From positions 113,336,001-113,400,000 of the forward strand of contig OZ024744.1 in the NCBI GenBank assembly GCA_964016885.1: a stretch of 64,000 nt of DNA. The letters run 5' to 3'. The notes under the pieces were generated by a model. It was not told the DNA's origin. It was given only the letters and a program-made list of their open reading frames with translations, and made no database searches. Source of the stretch: Eledone cirrhosa. Lineage: Eukaryota. This document shows positions 28,250 through 41,663 of the stretch, piece after piece; within the stretch, counting starts at the first letter, position 1, and each line of letters begins with the position of its first letter. The position numbers and the translations under genes are program-made.

Positions 28250-29560
28250 TAAGTAACAAGGACCCACTAGATGCTATCTCCTTCAACTGCCCAGATGGTT
28301 CTATAGAAATAGTAGACACTTTCCGTTACCTGGGTGACAAAATCAGCAGTGGAGGGGGGTGCTCTGAATATGTAGTAGCCAGAGTTTGAGCGGGATGGAA
28401 AAAGTTCAGAGAGCTAATACTGCTGTTGGCCACAAGAGGTTTTGCTCTAAAAATGAAAGGCAGATTGTATGATGTTTGTATACGATATTACTATTACACA
28501 TCCGTTGGAGTGTGCAGGCTTCGTTTCTTTCTAATCTACGTAAGTCTTCTACAGATAGCGCCCAGGTTTCACTACCATGTAACATTGCTGTTCGTATACA
28601 CGCATCATACAGTCTGCCTTTTATTTTGAGGGAGAAACCTTTTGCAGCTAGCAGTGGCAGTAGTTCCCTGAACTTCTTCCATCCCGTTCTTACCCTGGTT
28701 ACTGTACTTCCCGAACACCCACCCCCGCTGCTAAAATTCAGTCACCTAGGTAGCAAAAGCTGTCTACTATTTCTACAGAGCCCTCCCAGAGTTTGGTGGT
28801 ACTTGTTTCCTGTGGATGTTTGCTGCTTGCTGTCACAGTGCAGCTGCTACATGTAAAGCCTACATTCTTAGTTAAACTTCCTGAGATCCCGCTACATCTC
28901 TTGTGTACCCATTGTTTGCATTTGGGGCAGAGGATGGAGTTCCTACACCTTTCCTACATACTGAGCAAGGCTCAGTATGTAGGTCATACTGACCCAAATG
29001 CCCTGACAAGATCTGGGTTCTGTTTTCTCGTCTACTTTCAAGGACCTTAGTCTTTGTCAGGTTGACTTTGAGACCCTTTCTTTCTAGTCCCTGCTTCCAT
29101 GTTTGGAATTTCTTCTCTAGTTCTACCATAGATTCAGCTATAAGTGCGAGGTCATCTGCATACAGAAGCTCCCATGGGCATCCTGTCTTAAACTCCTCCG
29201 TTATTGCCTGCAAAACTATGATGAACAGGAGAGGGCTAAGAACAGAGCCCTGGTGGACACCGACCTGTATGCTAAATTACTCGCTATAGTCATTGCTAAT
29301 CCTAACTTTGCTGACTGCTCCCCTAAACATGCCTTGTACAGCTTTCACAAGCCATTCATCTACTCCTAGTTTTACCTGGTCCATAATCAACTGTGCTACA
29401 ACTTTTATGTGGTATAACTATTACTTTCATGACCTGGTCCATCATCTATCTAGTGCATCTCCTTTACCCTTGTAGCAGTTAACAATGATGATTATGCACC
29501 AATCCTTTGGTATGTTGCAATCCTTTGGTATGTTGCCCTCTAGTATTATCTGGTTAACTA
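28250..29560. mobile_element. Two RTE fragments joined in opposite orientation (+ 28250-28490; - 28490-29560)
   Basis: + strand: IVDTFRYLGD..KMKGRLYD. Minus strand: QAITEEFKTGCPWELLYADDLAL. Confidence 0.8.
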
Positions 29561-29704
29561 TATATATATATATATTTTTTTTTTTAGTATATGTTGGTTG
29601 TATACCTGAGCAGATACCATGATAACCTAGAGATTGATTCTGACACAGCCATTATAATTTGGCCAACATCTTTATAACACACACACATTTTAATTTACTT
29701 GATT

Positions 29705-29795
29705 TTTGATTTTTCAATTTTTCAATTTTTCAATTTTTCAATTTTTCAATTTTTCAATTTTTCAATTTTTCAATTTTTCAATTTTTCAATTTTGA
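29705..29795. repeat. (TTTTTCAA)n 8-bp tandem repeat, about 10 units
   Basis: Direct reading. Confidence 0.95.
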
Positions 29796-30809
29796 TTTCT
29801 CATTATTAATTTGTTATTCGTTTTCTGTTCTCTTCACTGTATCACCTTATATTTATTTTTAAGTTGAGATTTATTATAACACAAACACATTTTATTTGAT
29901 TATCTTATTCTTGTATCCTTTTACCATTTTGTACCTCATACCAATCTATCCAACATATTTCTGACCTTGAGATTGTTTATAGCACACACACACTTTATCT
30001 TACTTTATCTGAATCTTCATTTTATTTTTCACTTCTCCATATTCATTTTCATTACTTTTTCGTTACTTTTTCATTAATTTTTCATTTATTCTTTATTCTC
30101 TATTTATTATTTATTTTCTGTTTTCTTCATTTTATTGCCTTATATTTCTTCATATACATGGAAGAACCCCCCCCCCCACACACACACACACCACCACCAC
30201 CACGAGAGATGGTGGCAGGAGGGATGAAGAAACACACACACAGATACTTCTAAATTGTCAGCAGCAGCAAGACATAAGCTGGCCACAACACCAACAACAC
30301 TACCAAAATAAGGGTAGAGGTCAGATGTACTTAACAATAACAAACACAAACACTACAGGGAGCCTCACCCCAGAAAGAATTTCTATAGACTTTGGACTGA
30401 GGAATGCTCTCAAAACTGACCAATGGGAAGTTTGACATTCTTTTTATTCTGTTCCTTTACCATCTTATTCCTTCTACCACTTTAACAATTTTCTTTGAGC
30501 TGGCTCCAACAATAACACCACTACCAACACAAGAATAGAGGTCAGATGTACCTAACAATAACAAGAACAACTACTACAGATTGGCTTGCCTCAGAACGAA
30601 TTTCTATAGACTTTTGAATGGGGAATGTTCTAACAACTGACCAATGAGAGGAGAGGAGGCCCTTTGACACTGAAATTCGTTTGTTTGAATTCATATGATT
30701 CCAGTTCCTCAGTGAAATAACAACCCAACCAGAAACTGGGCATATCAGAGTATTGACAAAATTATACACCTCAACAACATATGTACTTGTCTATACCACA
30801 CTAATTCGG

Positions 30810-30870
30810 ACTGCCTGGAGAGGTCACAGCCAAAGATGGCTGTCACCGAAATATATATAGCAGTAATAAA
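30810..30870 (+). ncRNA. Hammerhead motif with one core substitution, followed by AATAAA
   Basis: ACTGC-CTGGAGA-GGTCACAGCCA AAGA TGGCTGTCACC-GAAA-TATATA-TA-GCAGT-AATAAA. Confidence 0.7.
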
Positions 30871-30910
30871 CGAAGCTAAATTTTAAACATTTGACTTATT
30901 TATTTTATTT

Positions 30911-31025
<115 letters not shown>

Positions 31026-31044
31026 TATATACATATATATATAT

Positions 31045-31079
<35 letters not shown>

Positions 31080-31080
<1 letters not shown>

Positions 31081-31628
31081 GGTGGTACTCAGTAATAGAG
31101 AAGACCCGCCTTACCTAAATACAAAGTAAAACCCACTACAGTCAGTAGGCACCTCTAACAAAATACACCCCGTCCCACCACCCCCACCCCATCCACGCCG
31201 CCCCTTTCAATGTAAAGTTATGTTGGTGCCACAACATCCAGGCCAAAACAAATGAGATTGTGTAGGTGTCACGACAAAAAAAAACACACAGTCCACGCTG
31301 TAATGTGGCCGTGTAGGCAACACGGTAAAAACCTCCCAGTCCACACAGTAAATGTGGTTGGTGTTAGGAAGGGCATCCAGCTGTAGAAAACCCGCCAGAC
31401 AGTCCACGCTGAAATGTGGCCGTGTAGGCAACACGGTAAAAACCTCCCAGCCCCACACTGTAAATGTGGTTGGTGTTAGGAAGGGCATCCAGCTGTAGAA
31501 AACACGCCAGACAGTCCTATGCGAGCAAGACAACCACTCTTGCCTCAAGTGGGTAAACTCCCGTCCAAACCCATGCAAGCGTGGAACATGGACGTTAAAC
31601 GATGATGATGATGATGATGATGATGATG

Positions 31629-31630
<2 letters not shown>
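31080..31630 (+). mobile_element. RTE 3'UTR-only insertion with an internal tandem duplication of ~115 bp and a (GAT)n tail
   Basis: Reverse complement of 18800-19240; the CAGTCCACGCTG..GGGCATCCAGCTGTAGAAAA block occurs twice. Confidence 0.8.
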
Positions 31631-31663
<33 letters not shown>

Positions 31664-32499
31664 GTTTATTGTAGTACTATTCCATTTTTTTTTCAACTAA
31701 TAATGTACAACTTCCTAACAAGATTTGCAATAAATCTTCCACCCCTTCACTGCCACCTTCTGGTACATATTCTGCCCCTCTGATATGCACAGCTCACACT
31801 GGGGATGATGGACGAGGGTTCCATATGACAAATGTTTGATAAACAATTAGGAGTGTTGTCAAGCAGAATAAATATTGCTTCAGAATAACATGATTGCCTG
31901 GTAGAGATGAGGGCTCTTCAATTCAGATAATACAGACCATGTGGGAGAGCAGTCACTAAAATATAACAAATCAAGTCTGTATGGAACAGACTTGTGTTCC
32001 ACAAACCATGATAAGCCAGCTAGGCTTGAAGGCCACTAACTCAAAATGCAATAAAATAAATCAGCACAGGGCAGACATGGGCTCTGTAAGCCATGGAGAA
32101 GGCAACCTGTCTAGGATAGCTGTGGCTATGAATAAAATACAACTGCATGGGGTAGATGTGGGCTCTGTAAGCTGAAATGTAGAGAACCCATCTAGGAGAG
32201 CAGTCACTCTGAATAAAAACTGATAGAGGGTAGAAAGGTAAAACAACATCTCTAGTGCTAATGGCCCAAATAATGCTGCAGCCAGTCGCCAAAACTATGT
32301 AAAGTACAATACATAAATCTCTCATTAATTGTGTATACAGGGCTAACACTAGTCATGTTAGTGGTGCACTCGGTAGTAGGAAGGTTAACTTAACCCTATG
32401 CAAGAACTTTTTGATTGTCAACAAGCTATTGCACACCTTTATTTCCCTTCAAAGCACAAAGAACTACAAAAGGACCAAATCTATATTTCCAGGTAACTG

Positions 32500-35030
32500 A
32501 TTTCAGGATTGCTGCATTCAATGTTGGCACACTGAAAGGTAAATTAGGTTTAAATTGGGGAGTTGCTTGAGAGGAGCGAAGTAGATGTGTGCTGTGTACA
32601 TGAGGTGAGATGGAGGGGTGCCCTAATGAGACTACTCACAGGAACTTTAGTACACTGAGAGGTAGATCAAGTGAGATTGTAGAGATGGAGGGGTGTCTCT
32701 GTAAGACTACTGACAGGTATGTCAGTACACTGAGAGGTAGATCAGGTGACATTGTAGAGATGGAGGGGTGTCTCTGTAAGACTACTGACAGGTATGTCAG
32801 TACACTGAGAGGTAGATCAGGTGACATTGTAGAGATGGAGGGGTGTCTCTGTAAGACTACTGACAGGTATGTCAGTACACTGAGAGGTAGATCAGGTGAC
32901 ATTGTAGAGATGGAGGGGTGTCTCTGTAAGACTACTGACAGGCAACCAACATAGATGCAAACTTTACTGAGTAGTAAATAACAATGGGGTAGGAGGTGTA
33001 GGCATCTTACTGAGAAAGGGATAGATAAGGTAATAGAAGTAGTTAGAGTGACAGAATAACTTAGAATAGCTGTAGGAAATAGAATGGTGACAATAACCTC
33101 GATCTACAGACCACAGGCAGGACTGAGTAAAGAACAAAAAGACAGGTTCTATGTGGAACTTTTACATCCTGGCAGGTGAATTCAATGGACATGCTGGATT
33201 GTACCATGATAACAACATCACTGTAGACAGCGGCTATGACTATGGCTTTGGAAATGAAGAAGGAGAAAGGTTCCTGGAATTCTGTGATGTAAATGAACTA
33301 ACTATTTGTAACACTAACTTCAGGAAACCAGCCAGCCATTTGTTCAGCTACCAATCAGATGAAGATACAAGCCAGATTGACTTCTTACAAGTTAGAAAAC
33401 AGGATAACCAGATAGTTATAAATGTTAAGACCTCTGGATAAGAATGTACTTCCCAACATATATAGTTATCAGTGACATTAGAATAAACTGAAGACAAGAA
33501 GAAACAGGAAAATCTGGAGGAGAGTTTGGAGACCAAAGGACTTTTCTATTAAGTATAGGTTTAAAAAGACTCTAAGGGATACATATAATGAGAGGGGAGA
33601 CAAGTTAGATATATATGACATTGAGGACAATTGGAAGTTCTTATGTGACAACCTACTACAGGTTACTGAAGAGACTTGTGACTGGAGCAAAGTAACAGCC
33701 AGACAGTGGGTGACCTGGTGGTGGTACAACACAGTAGGTAGAGACATTAAGGGCAAGAGACAGGCATACTGGAGAAATGGGGGTAGCAGAGACCAGTACC
33801 AGGTAGCTAAGAGAGAAGATAGATGACAGGTATACATAGCTTGGAAAGAGGCTGAAAGGTTTGCTAAAGTCTTATGACATGAAGATCAAAGATGTGAAGT
33901 GTTCCACATTGCAAGGCAGTGTGTCAGTGTGAATCGGGATGTTGTTGGGGGAAAAGTGTTGTAATGACACTGGTGTACTTAACATCACTGATACTCAAAA
34001 GAAAGAGGCCTGGAAATGTTACTTTGAGAGGTTGGTGAATGGAGACAAAGGAATGGAGGAAGAGAGACAAACCCCAACTGAGTCAACAGAGGGACCAGCT
34101 ATTAAAATAGACAGTTATAGGGTCATAGAAGCAATGAAGGAGTGGTAAAGCTGCTGGACCCTCAGAGATAGTTGCCAAGATGTTGAAATTATCTCTGGAA
34201 ATGATCTGTGGAGCTGAACTAGTCACCCACATAGTCAATCAGGTTTATATAGGACAGTGTCATATCCAATGACTAGTGCAGCAGTACAATTATAAATTAC
34301 TACAAGGGCAAAGGTGATGCCCTAGAAAGGAGCAACTATAGAGGAATAAAACTAATGGACTAAGTTATGAAAGTGACAGAGTTATTGCACAACTAATTAG
34401 GGAAACAGTTTGGGTTCATACCTGGGAGAAGCACCACAGATACCCTTTTCTAAGTTAGACAACTACAAGAGAAGATCTTAGCCAAGAATAAGCCACTATA
34501 TTTAGTTTTTGTTGATCGGGAGAAAGCCTTTGACAGAATACCTCGATCTGTCATCTGGTGGTCCTTACGGGAACTAGGTGTAGAAGAGTGGCTTGTGAGG
34601 GCAGTGTAAGTCACGTACAGAGGAACTGCTAGTAAAGTGAGAGTAGGAAATAAGTTTATTGAGGAATTCAAGGTACAGTTAGGAGTTCATTAAGGTTCAG
34701 TTCTTAACCCATTGCAGTTTATTATAGTCTTTCAGGTCTTAACTGAGGAGTTTATGACTGGCTGTCCATGGGAACTACTGTATGCAGATGATCTGGTCCT
34801 CATAGCTGAATCCATAAAAAAACAAAAATATAAAATTTGGTTCCAACTTTGGAAACAGAATTTGGAATCAAAAGGTCTCAGAGTAAATTTAGCAAAAACC
34901 AAAATGTTAATAAGTAGGAAAGAAGATAGGCTACTTGCCTTCAGGGAAGTAGCCATACTCAACATGTAGAAAAAGAGTAGATGTAAACTCTATACAAAGT
35001 AAATCTTGGATACACAAGAGATGTAGTGGG
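32500..35030 (+). mobile_element. Old RTE LINE covering APE endonuclease and RT, with many stops
   Basis: NVGTLKG, AGEFNGH, SQIDF, NYRGIKL, EKAFDR, CPWELLYADDLVL. Confidence 0.85.
32649..32942 (+). repeat. 75-bp tandem repeat, about 4 copies, derived from RTE endonuclease coding sequence
   Basis: Unit translates as STLRGRSGDIVEMEGCLCKTTDRYV; copies 2-4 are identical. Confidence 0.95.
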
Positions 35031-35135
35031 ATACCAAGTTAGGGAACCACGTCTTACTTATACAGAACTGATTTTGACTTGGTTATCTGCAGCAGCTGGA
35101 TGCCCTTCCTAACACCAACCACATTTGCAGTGTAG

Positions 35136-35630
35136 AACTGGATGGCTCTGTTATGAGGAGGGACAGGCCAGTTGACTGTGCCAAACCCTTCTCACAACGG
35201 AACCATAGTTTTTGGGCATGGTACTGGATGACACCGCTATGAGGAGGGACAGGTGCAGAACCACAGTTTGGGAACCTGGCACTGGATGGCACCACTATGA
35301 GGAGGGACAGACCATTGACCATGACACATCTTTCACACAGTGGGTCTTCAGTTCAGGTGTCGCATGGTACCAGTATGAGAAGGGGGAGGCCAGTTGGTTG
35401 CACCACACCCCTCTTAGAGCGAGGCCACATTCTGGACTTGGGAGCCTGGGATTACACTATGTGGTGGTACAGGCCTATTGGCCATACCGATCCCTTCACA
35501 CTGTGGACCCATAGCCCAGGAAGGAAACTGGATGACACTGATATGCAGAGGGTCTGGCCTGTTGGCCACAACGAACCCTTCACACAGCCAAATCCAACTT
35601 CTGGAGCTGTGCACTGGATGACTGTAATGA
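35136..35630. repeat. Degenerate ~80-85-bp tandem array, 6-7 units
   Basis: Recurring CTGGATGACACC..TATGAGGAGGGACAGGCC..CCCTTCACAC. Confidence 0.7.
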
Positions 35631-35871
35631 GTCCCTTGTGGGCCTGCCATCGACCGTGTTTGTGGTGTGGGGAAGAATCTATGTCCTGTCTTCTCTCCCA
35701 CTCACTAGCACTTTAGTTTTGGCTAAGTTTACTCCCAGGCCTTTTGATTCCAAATTCAAATTCCGTGTTCGGAATTTATTTATTTTCTAGCTCTTTTATG
35801 GTTTCAGCTATAAGGACCAAATCATCTGCATAGAGAAGTTCCCATGGCCAGCCCATTTTAAATTCCTCTGT

Positions 35872-38800
35872 TGTGGGTATGGTGTGGCGTGCGGTGGCCG
35901 GAAGCGGGGGAGTGCTCGACCGGAAGGGTGCTTGGCCGGAAGGATGTTCGACTGGAAGGGCCAGCAGATGGCCCTCTCTAGTGGTGACCAGCAACGGTGT
36001 GGACGCGAGTTTTGGCAGCTCCCGGTGTTAAGCATTTGGACGCACGTGGAAGAGGAGAAACCAGCCATGGGATTTAGCGGCACCTATGAAAAGCGGTAAG
36101 TGAGATAGCTTTTTCTAACCACAAGCTATTTCGGCACTGGAAACTGAGATCTGAAAAAATAAAAAGGAAAAAAAAAAGCTACAGGAAAAACAGAGAGGAG
36201 CCTGTTGTTTTTTTTTTATCACGTACCGCAAGGCAAATTAGAAGATGGCGACAAGACTACGAACAAGCGAAGCTATCAGGGCATTTACCGGGGAAGGTGA
36301 TGTTGTCGTTTGGCTGCGAAAAGTCCGGCTGGTCGCAAGCTTACAGAAGATAGAAGATGTGGATGGCCTCATGGCACTGTACCTCGAGGGGGACGCGTTG
36401 GTACTCTTCCTTGAGTTGGACGAACACAGCCAAAGAGATGCGCAAAAGATTGAGAGGCGCATGATAGAAGCATTCGCAGAGGGACCGTTAGCCGCTTTCG
36501 TGAACGAGTTGACATTTTCGCAGCGGAAATATGGCGATTGGCTATGTTGGCTGGATATCAGGTGGAATGCGAACGCACGGTGCGGTTGGCGTTCATAAAT
36601 GGATTTCCAGACGACATAGCGGTGAAACTGCAGCAAGTCCCGGGTTACAAAGAAATGGAAATGCGTTCACTGGTTGAACAAGTCCGCATCATAGCAGAAG
36701 ATGCCAAAAAGAGTGTTGCGGCGATAGCAACTACAGAGGCTCAAGACAGCTGGCAGCAAAATGGTGAAAGGGAGGCAACCACGGCACGCGGTCGCCCGCG
36801 AACGTTTAGTGGTCGCTGTTTTCGGTGCCAGGGCCCGCACATGGCTAGAGACTGCAGAGAGTCAAGGCCGGAAATAATATGCTACCGGTGTAAGCAACCA
36901 GGCCACATCGCTATTAACTGCGACTAGGGAAACGATCCAAAGGGAACTACTGCGCCGGTAGTTGCCCCTTACGAGTAGAGGCGCTGCCCGTGGTGGAAGT
37001 CTTCGTGAGGGGAAAGCCACAGCGAGCCCTCGTGGACACAGGCTGTATGACGACACTGGTGACCGGGGGTGGCGCAGAGGTGAAGAGGGAAGAGCAGCGT
37101 AAGGGCAGTCGACGGCAGGAAAATTGAATGCAGAGGTCGCAGCGAGATGGAAATAGCGGTACGGGGAAGGAAAATAAGGCTTTCTGCCATCGTAGTAGAC
37201 AGCATGGTGGATGGGATCGGCGTGATTATGGGCATGGACACAATTGGCCGTCTAGGAGGCATCACAGTGAACAACGTCGGTGTGTCGTTTGGCGCCGCTG
37301 CATCGGTATGCGGTGTGTCGTTTGGCGCCGCTGCATCGGTATGCGGTGTGTCGTTTGGCGCCGCTGCATCGGTATGCGTTGTGAGTACGCGACAGGAGAA
37401 CCAGAAGGCCCACGAGGAGAAATACTCCGCTTACACTGTGCAGGACAAAGACTTCAAGGCTGTGTTCGATGGGCAACGATGGGTTGTTGAGTGGTACTGG
37501 AAGGGAGAACCACCAACACTGAAGACCAAAGTCGGCTGCTATCAACACACATTGAAGGGAGACATTAGAAGCGAGTTCGAGCGAGAGGTAGAGAGATGGA
37601 TCGAAGAGGGCATACTGCTTCCCTGGAAGGAGGAGGTGAAGTGCGGAGTATTGCCGTTAATTGCCGTTAATTGCGGTGCCGTTAATTGCGGTGGCCCAAC
37701 CCACGAAGAACAAGGTGTGTCATGCCACACGGGTGGCGAGGTCACGGATGTCTGTGGGGAAACCCTGTGTAAGTGTAGACACATGACGGGGGTTTCTGCA
37801 ATCGTAGATCTAAAGTCGGCATACTTACAATTACACATAGATGAGAAGCTCTGGCAGTATCAGCTGGTCAGGTATAAGGGCCGGACATATTGCCTGACCA
37901 GGCTCGATTTTGGGCTGAGCTCCGCACCGAAGATCATGGCGGTGGTCCTCAAGACCATTCTGGGAAAGGCTGACAAGATGAAGAGGGTCACTAACTCCTA
38001 CATTGACGACATCCTAGTGGACGAGTTTATGGTGTCGGCGGCGGAGGTCACGAGCCATTTACAGGGGTATGGACTGGCTGCGAAGCCGTCAGAAGCGTTG
38101 GAGGGAGGAGCCGAGCTGGGACTTAGGCTACGGCGAGACAGGACGGGCATCTTGGTATTCCAGAGGGGAAATGAAGTTCCAGAACTGGGCCCAAGTATGA
38201 GTAGGTGGGAGCTTTTCTCGGTGTGTGGAAAGTTGGTGGGTCACTACCCGATTGCTGGGTGGCTCCGGACGGCATGCAGCTATGTCAAGAGATAAGCGGG
38301 AGGAGTGACTTGGAGTGACAGAGTGGGAGAGAGGACGGTGGCCATGATGCAGGAGATCGTGGGGAGGGTGAAGGCTGACGACCTAGTGCAGGGACGATGG
38401 TATGTTCCCAAATCACAGAGCGGGACCGTATGGTGCGATGCTAGCAGCATAGCGCTGGGTGTCACGTTGGAGATAGGAGGTGTTGAGGTCGAGGATGCAG
38501 CCTGGCTTAGGAAGAAGGATGATTGCAACCACATCAATGTGGCCGAACTGGGCGCGGTGTTGAGAGGGGTGAACCTCGCCCTGAGGTGGGGACTGTGCAC
38601 CATTGAGATTCGCACCGACTCGGCTACTGTATTCGGATGGGTGAGATCAGTGTTCACCAGTGAGAAGAGAGTGTGAACGAGAGGGGCGGCGGAGATGCTG
38701 ATAAAGCGCCGCCTGGGAACTTTAGGAGAGCTGGCCACCAAGTTCGACCTGAGGCTGAGCGTAGTTTTCGTGCTCCCAGAGAAAAATAGGGCGGACATCT

Positions 38801-40020
38801 TAACTAGGGTGAAGAAAGCCTGGATGGAAGCGCCGGAGGAGGTAGAAGATGAGATAGCTGCCGTGTGTCGGCTGACCGAGTCGGATCTGAAAGGGTTGCA
38901 TGACATGCACCACATGGGAGTGGATAGGAGGCTGCGTCCGATGTCAGTCCATTGATCCCGTCCCGGGTGTACACGAAACGGGAAGCCTCCCGGTGGATTG
39001 CGACTGGAAGCGATTGGCGGTGGATTTAACGCACTACCGACAGGGAACATACCTCTCGATGGTCAACTATGGACCAGGACGGATGGCGATATGGAGGGAG
39101 ATGAAGACTGGAACGGCCGAGGAAATCATGCGGACGTTGAGAGAGGTGTTCTTGGAGCAAACTGCTGATGGACAACAGTGCAGCATTCTGCTCGGAGGCG
39201 CTGAGGGAGATGCTCGATGGATGGAAGGTGGACCGTTTCTTCAGAGCAGCGCACAGGCCGAGCGGGAATGGAATTGTGGAGCGACACCACCGGACGATCA
39301 AGGCAATGGCAGAGCGGGGCCATATCTCACCAATGGAGGCAGTGTTCTGGTACAACATGTCCCCTCGGGTTGGACAGGTCGAGGAATTGGTGCCACACAG
39401 AGCAGTATTCAGATACGAGTGGCGGCACCCGTGCACGCCACCACAACGGCCAGTGGGGAGAGAGAGTGCATTCGTGCAGGTGGGCGAAGAAGTCTGGGTT
39501 AAGCCCCCAGATGCACGTTGCACATCTCAATGGGGAAGGGGAACGGTGACGGCTTAAATTCCCAGAACAATGTGTCCGTGGACGGAGTACCACATCATGT
39601 CCTGGATGTCCGTAGAATCACTGTCAACAGACTCCGAGGAAGAGGAAACCCAAAGTGCCGCCCCAACACTGCGGAGATCGCAAAGAAGTCGTAAACCACC
39701 AACCTGGACAGCAGACTTTCATATGGAGAAGGACGAGGGGAAAATTGATCCTTGAGATCAGGGGGGAGTGTGGGTATGGTGTGGCGTGCGGTGGCCGGAA
39801 GCGGGGGAGTGCTCAACCGGAAGGGTGCTTGGCCGGAAGGATGCTCGACCGGAAGGGCCAGCAGATAGCCCTCTCTAGTGGTGACCAGCAACAGTGTGGA
39901 CGTGAGTTTTGTCAGCTCCCAGTGTTAAGCAGTTGGACGCATGTGGAAGAGGAGAAACCAGCAGTGGAATTTAGTGGCGCCTATGTAAAGCGGTAAGTGA
40001 GATAGCTTTTTCTAACCACA
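35872..40020 (+). mobile_element. Near full-length Gypsy LTR retrotransposon with 252-bp LTRs (35872-36123, 39769-40020) and 5-bp TSD TCTGT; coding region disabled
   Basis: TG..CA LTRs; PPT AGGGGGGAG at 39760-39768; gag with two Zn knuckles (CFRCQGPHMARDC, CYRCKQPGHIAINC); protease ALVDTGC; RT YIDD; RNase H WCDAS; integrase GNGIVERHH. Confidence 0.96.
36927..36984 (+). promoter_or_regulatory. -1 programmed ribosomal frameshift signal (G GGA AAC plus H-type pseudoknot) at the gag-pol junction
   Basis: The heptamer is in gag phase and the -1 frame reads into LPVVEVFVRGKPQRALVDTGC. Stem 1 GGGAACTACT/GGTAGTT(G)CCC; loop GCGCC pairs with GGCGC at 36980-36984. Confidence 0.75.
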
Positions 40021-41663
40021 TCTGTTATGGCCTGAAAAACTATAATGAACAGCAATGGGTTAAGAACTGAACCTTGATGAACTCCTAACTGTACCTGCAA
40101 TTCCTCACTAAACTCACTTCCTACTCTCACTTTACTGGCAGATCTTCTGTACATGACTTACACTACCCTCACAAGCCATTCTTCTACACCTTAAGGACCA
40201 CCAGAAAATAGATTGGGGTACTCTGTCAAAGACTTTCTCCAGATCAACAAAAGTTAAATATAGAGGCTTATTCTTGGCCAGGAACATCTCTTATAGTTGT
40301 TTCACTAGAAAGAGGACATCTATAGTACTTTTCCCAGGCATGAGACCAAACTGCATTTTGTCTAATTTGACTCTTTCCCTAATTAGTTGTGCAATAACAC
40401 TTTCTGTCACTTTCATAACTTGGTCCATTAGTTTTATTCCTCTATAGTAGCTCCTTTGTAGAAAATCACCTTTGCCCTTGTAACAATTTATGATGGTACC
40501 GCTGCACTAGTCATTGGATATGACTGTTATATACGGGTTACTGTTGTGACTCCTACCTCTCCCAACGCTTTCAGCATCTCAGCAACTATTTCTGATGGTC
40601 CAGCAGCTTTACCATCCTTCATCTCCTTGACTGTGTCTTTGACCCTAAAACTATCAACTTCAATAGCTGGTCCTTCCTTTGGGTAAGTTGGGAGTAGTTT
40701 CTCTTCCTCCCATTCATCCTCTACATTTATCAATCTTTCATAGTAACATTTCCAGGCCTCTTTCTTTTGGGTGTCGGTGGTGCTAAGTACACCAGTGTCA
40801 TTTCTAACAGATTTTTCTCCAACATCTCAACTCACACTGACACATTGCTTTGCAATACAGAACACTTCACTCCTCTGATCTTCATACAAATTTACTTTCT
40901 TTTGTTTTCAGCCTCTTTCTAAGCTGTGTATACCTGTTGCCTAGCTTCTTTCTCTGCTACTTGATACAAGTCTATGCTACTCCTACTTTTCCAGTCTAAC
41001 CAAGCCTGTTTCTTGGCTATAATGGCTGCCTCTACTGAGCCTACCCACCAGCAGGTCACCCTCTGTCTGGCTGGCACTTTACTCCAGCCGCAAGTCTTGC
41101 CAGTAGTTTACAAAAGGTTGTCACCTAAGAATTTCCAATTGTCTTCTATGTTATATGTATCTAGCTCATCATCCTGAGGGCCTTTCTAAACCTATATTTA
41201 ATCAAGATGTCCCTCAGCTTCCACACCCTCTGTTTCTATATTTTCCTGTGTGTCTTGTTCTGTCTTTTTGTTTATTTTGATGTCACTAATAACTTATAAC
41301 TAATGCTGAGCTATGCATTCTTCCCCAGGGAAAGCCTTAATATTTTTTACAGTCCATTTGTCTTGTTGTCTAACAAGTAAGTAATAAGTAATCTGATGTG
41401 TATATATATACAACCCATGCAAGTGTGGAAAGGGAACATAAAAGCGATGATTATGATATCTATATTTATAATAAGCTTAGATTAAAAGTTTAAGCACTAT
41501 GGTTTATGTATATTATATATATATAACAAAGTAACAAAGATAGAACTATATATACAATGCTCATTTTGAAACTTTTATTTTTCCTCTGAAGAGAGGAACA
41601 TACAATTATACCAATATATCAATACCTGTATATAGGCATTGATTATGTGAAATGTTTCACAAC

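Larger units (their letters stand above)
35776..41390 (-). mobile_element. RTE LINE (35776-35871 and 40021-41390) split by the LTR element
   Basis: FQAI|TEEFKMGWPWELLYADDL is continuous across the insertion once the TCTGT duplication is removed. Confidence 0.85.
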
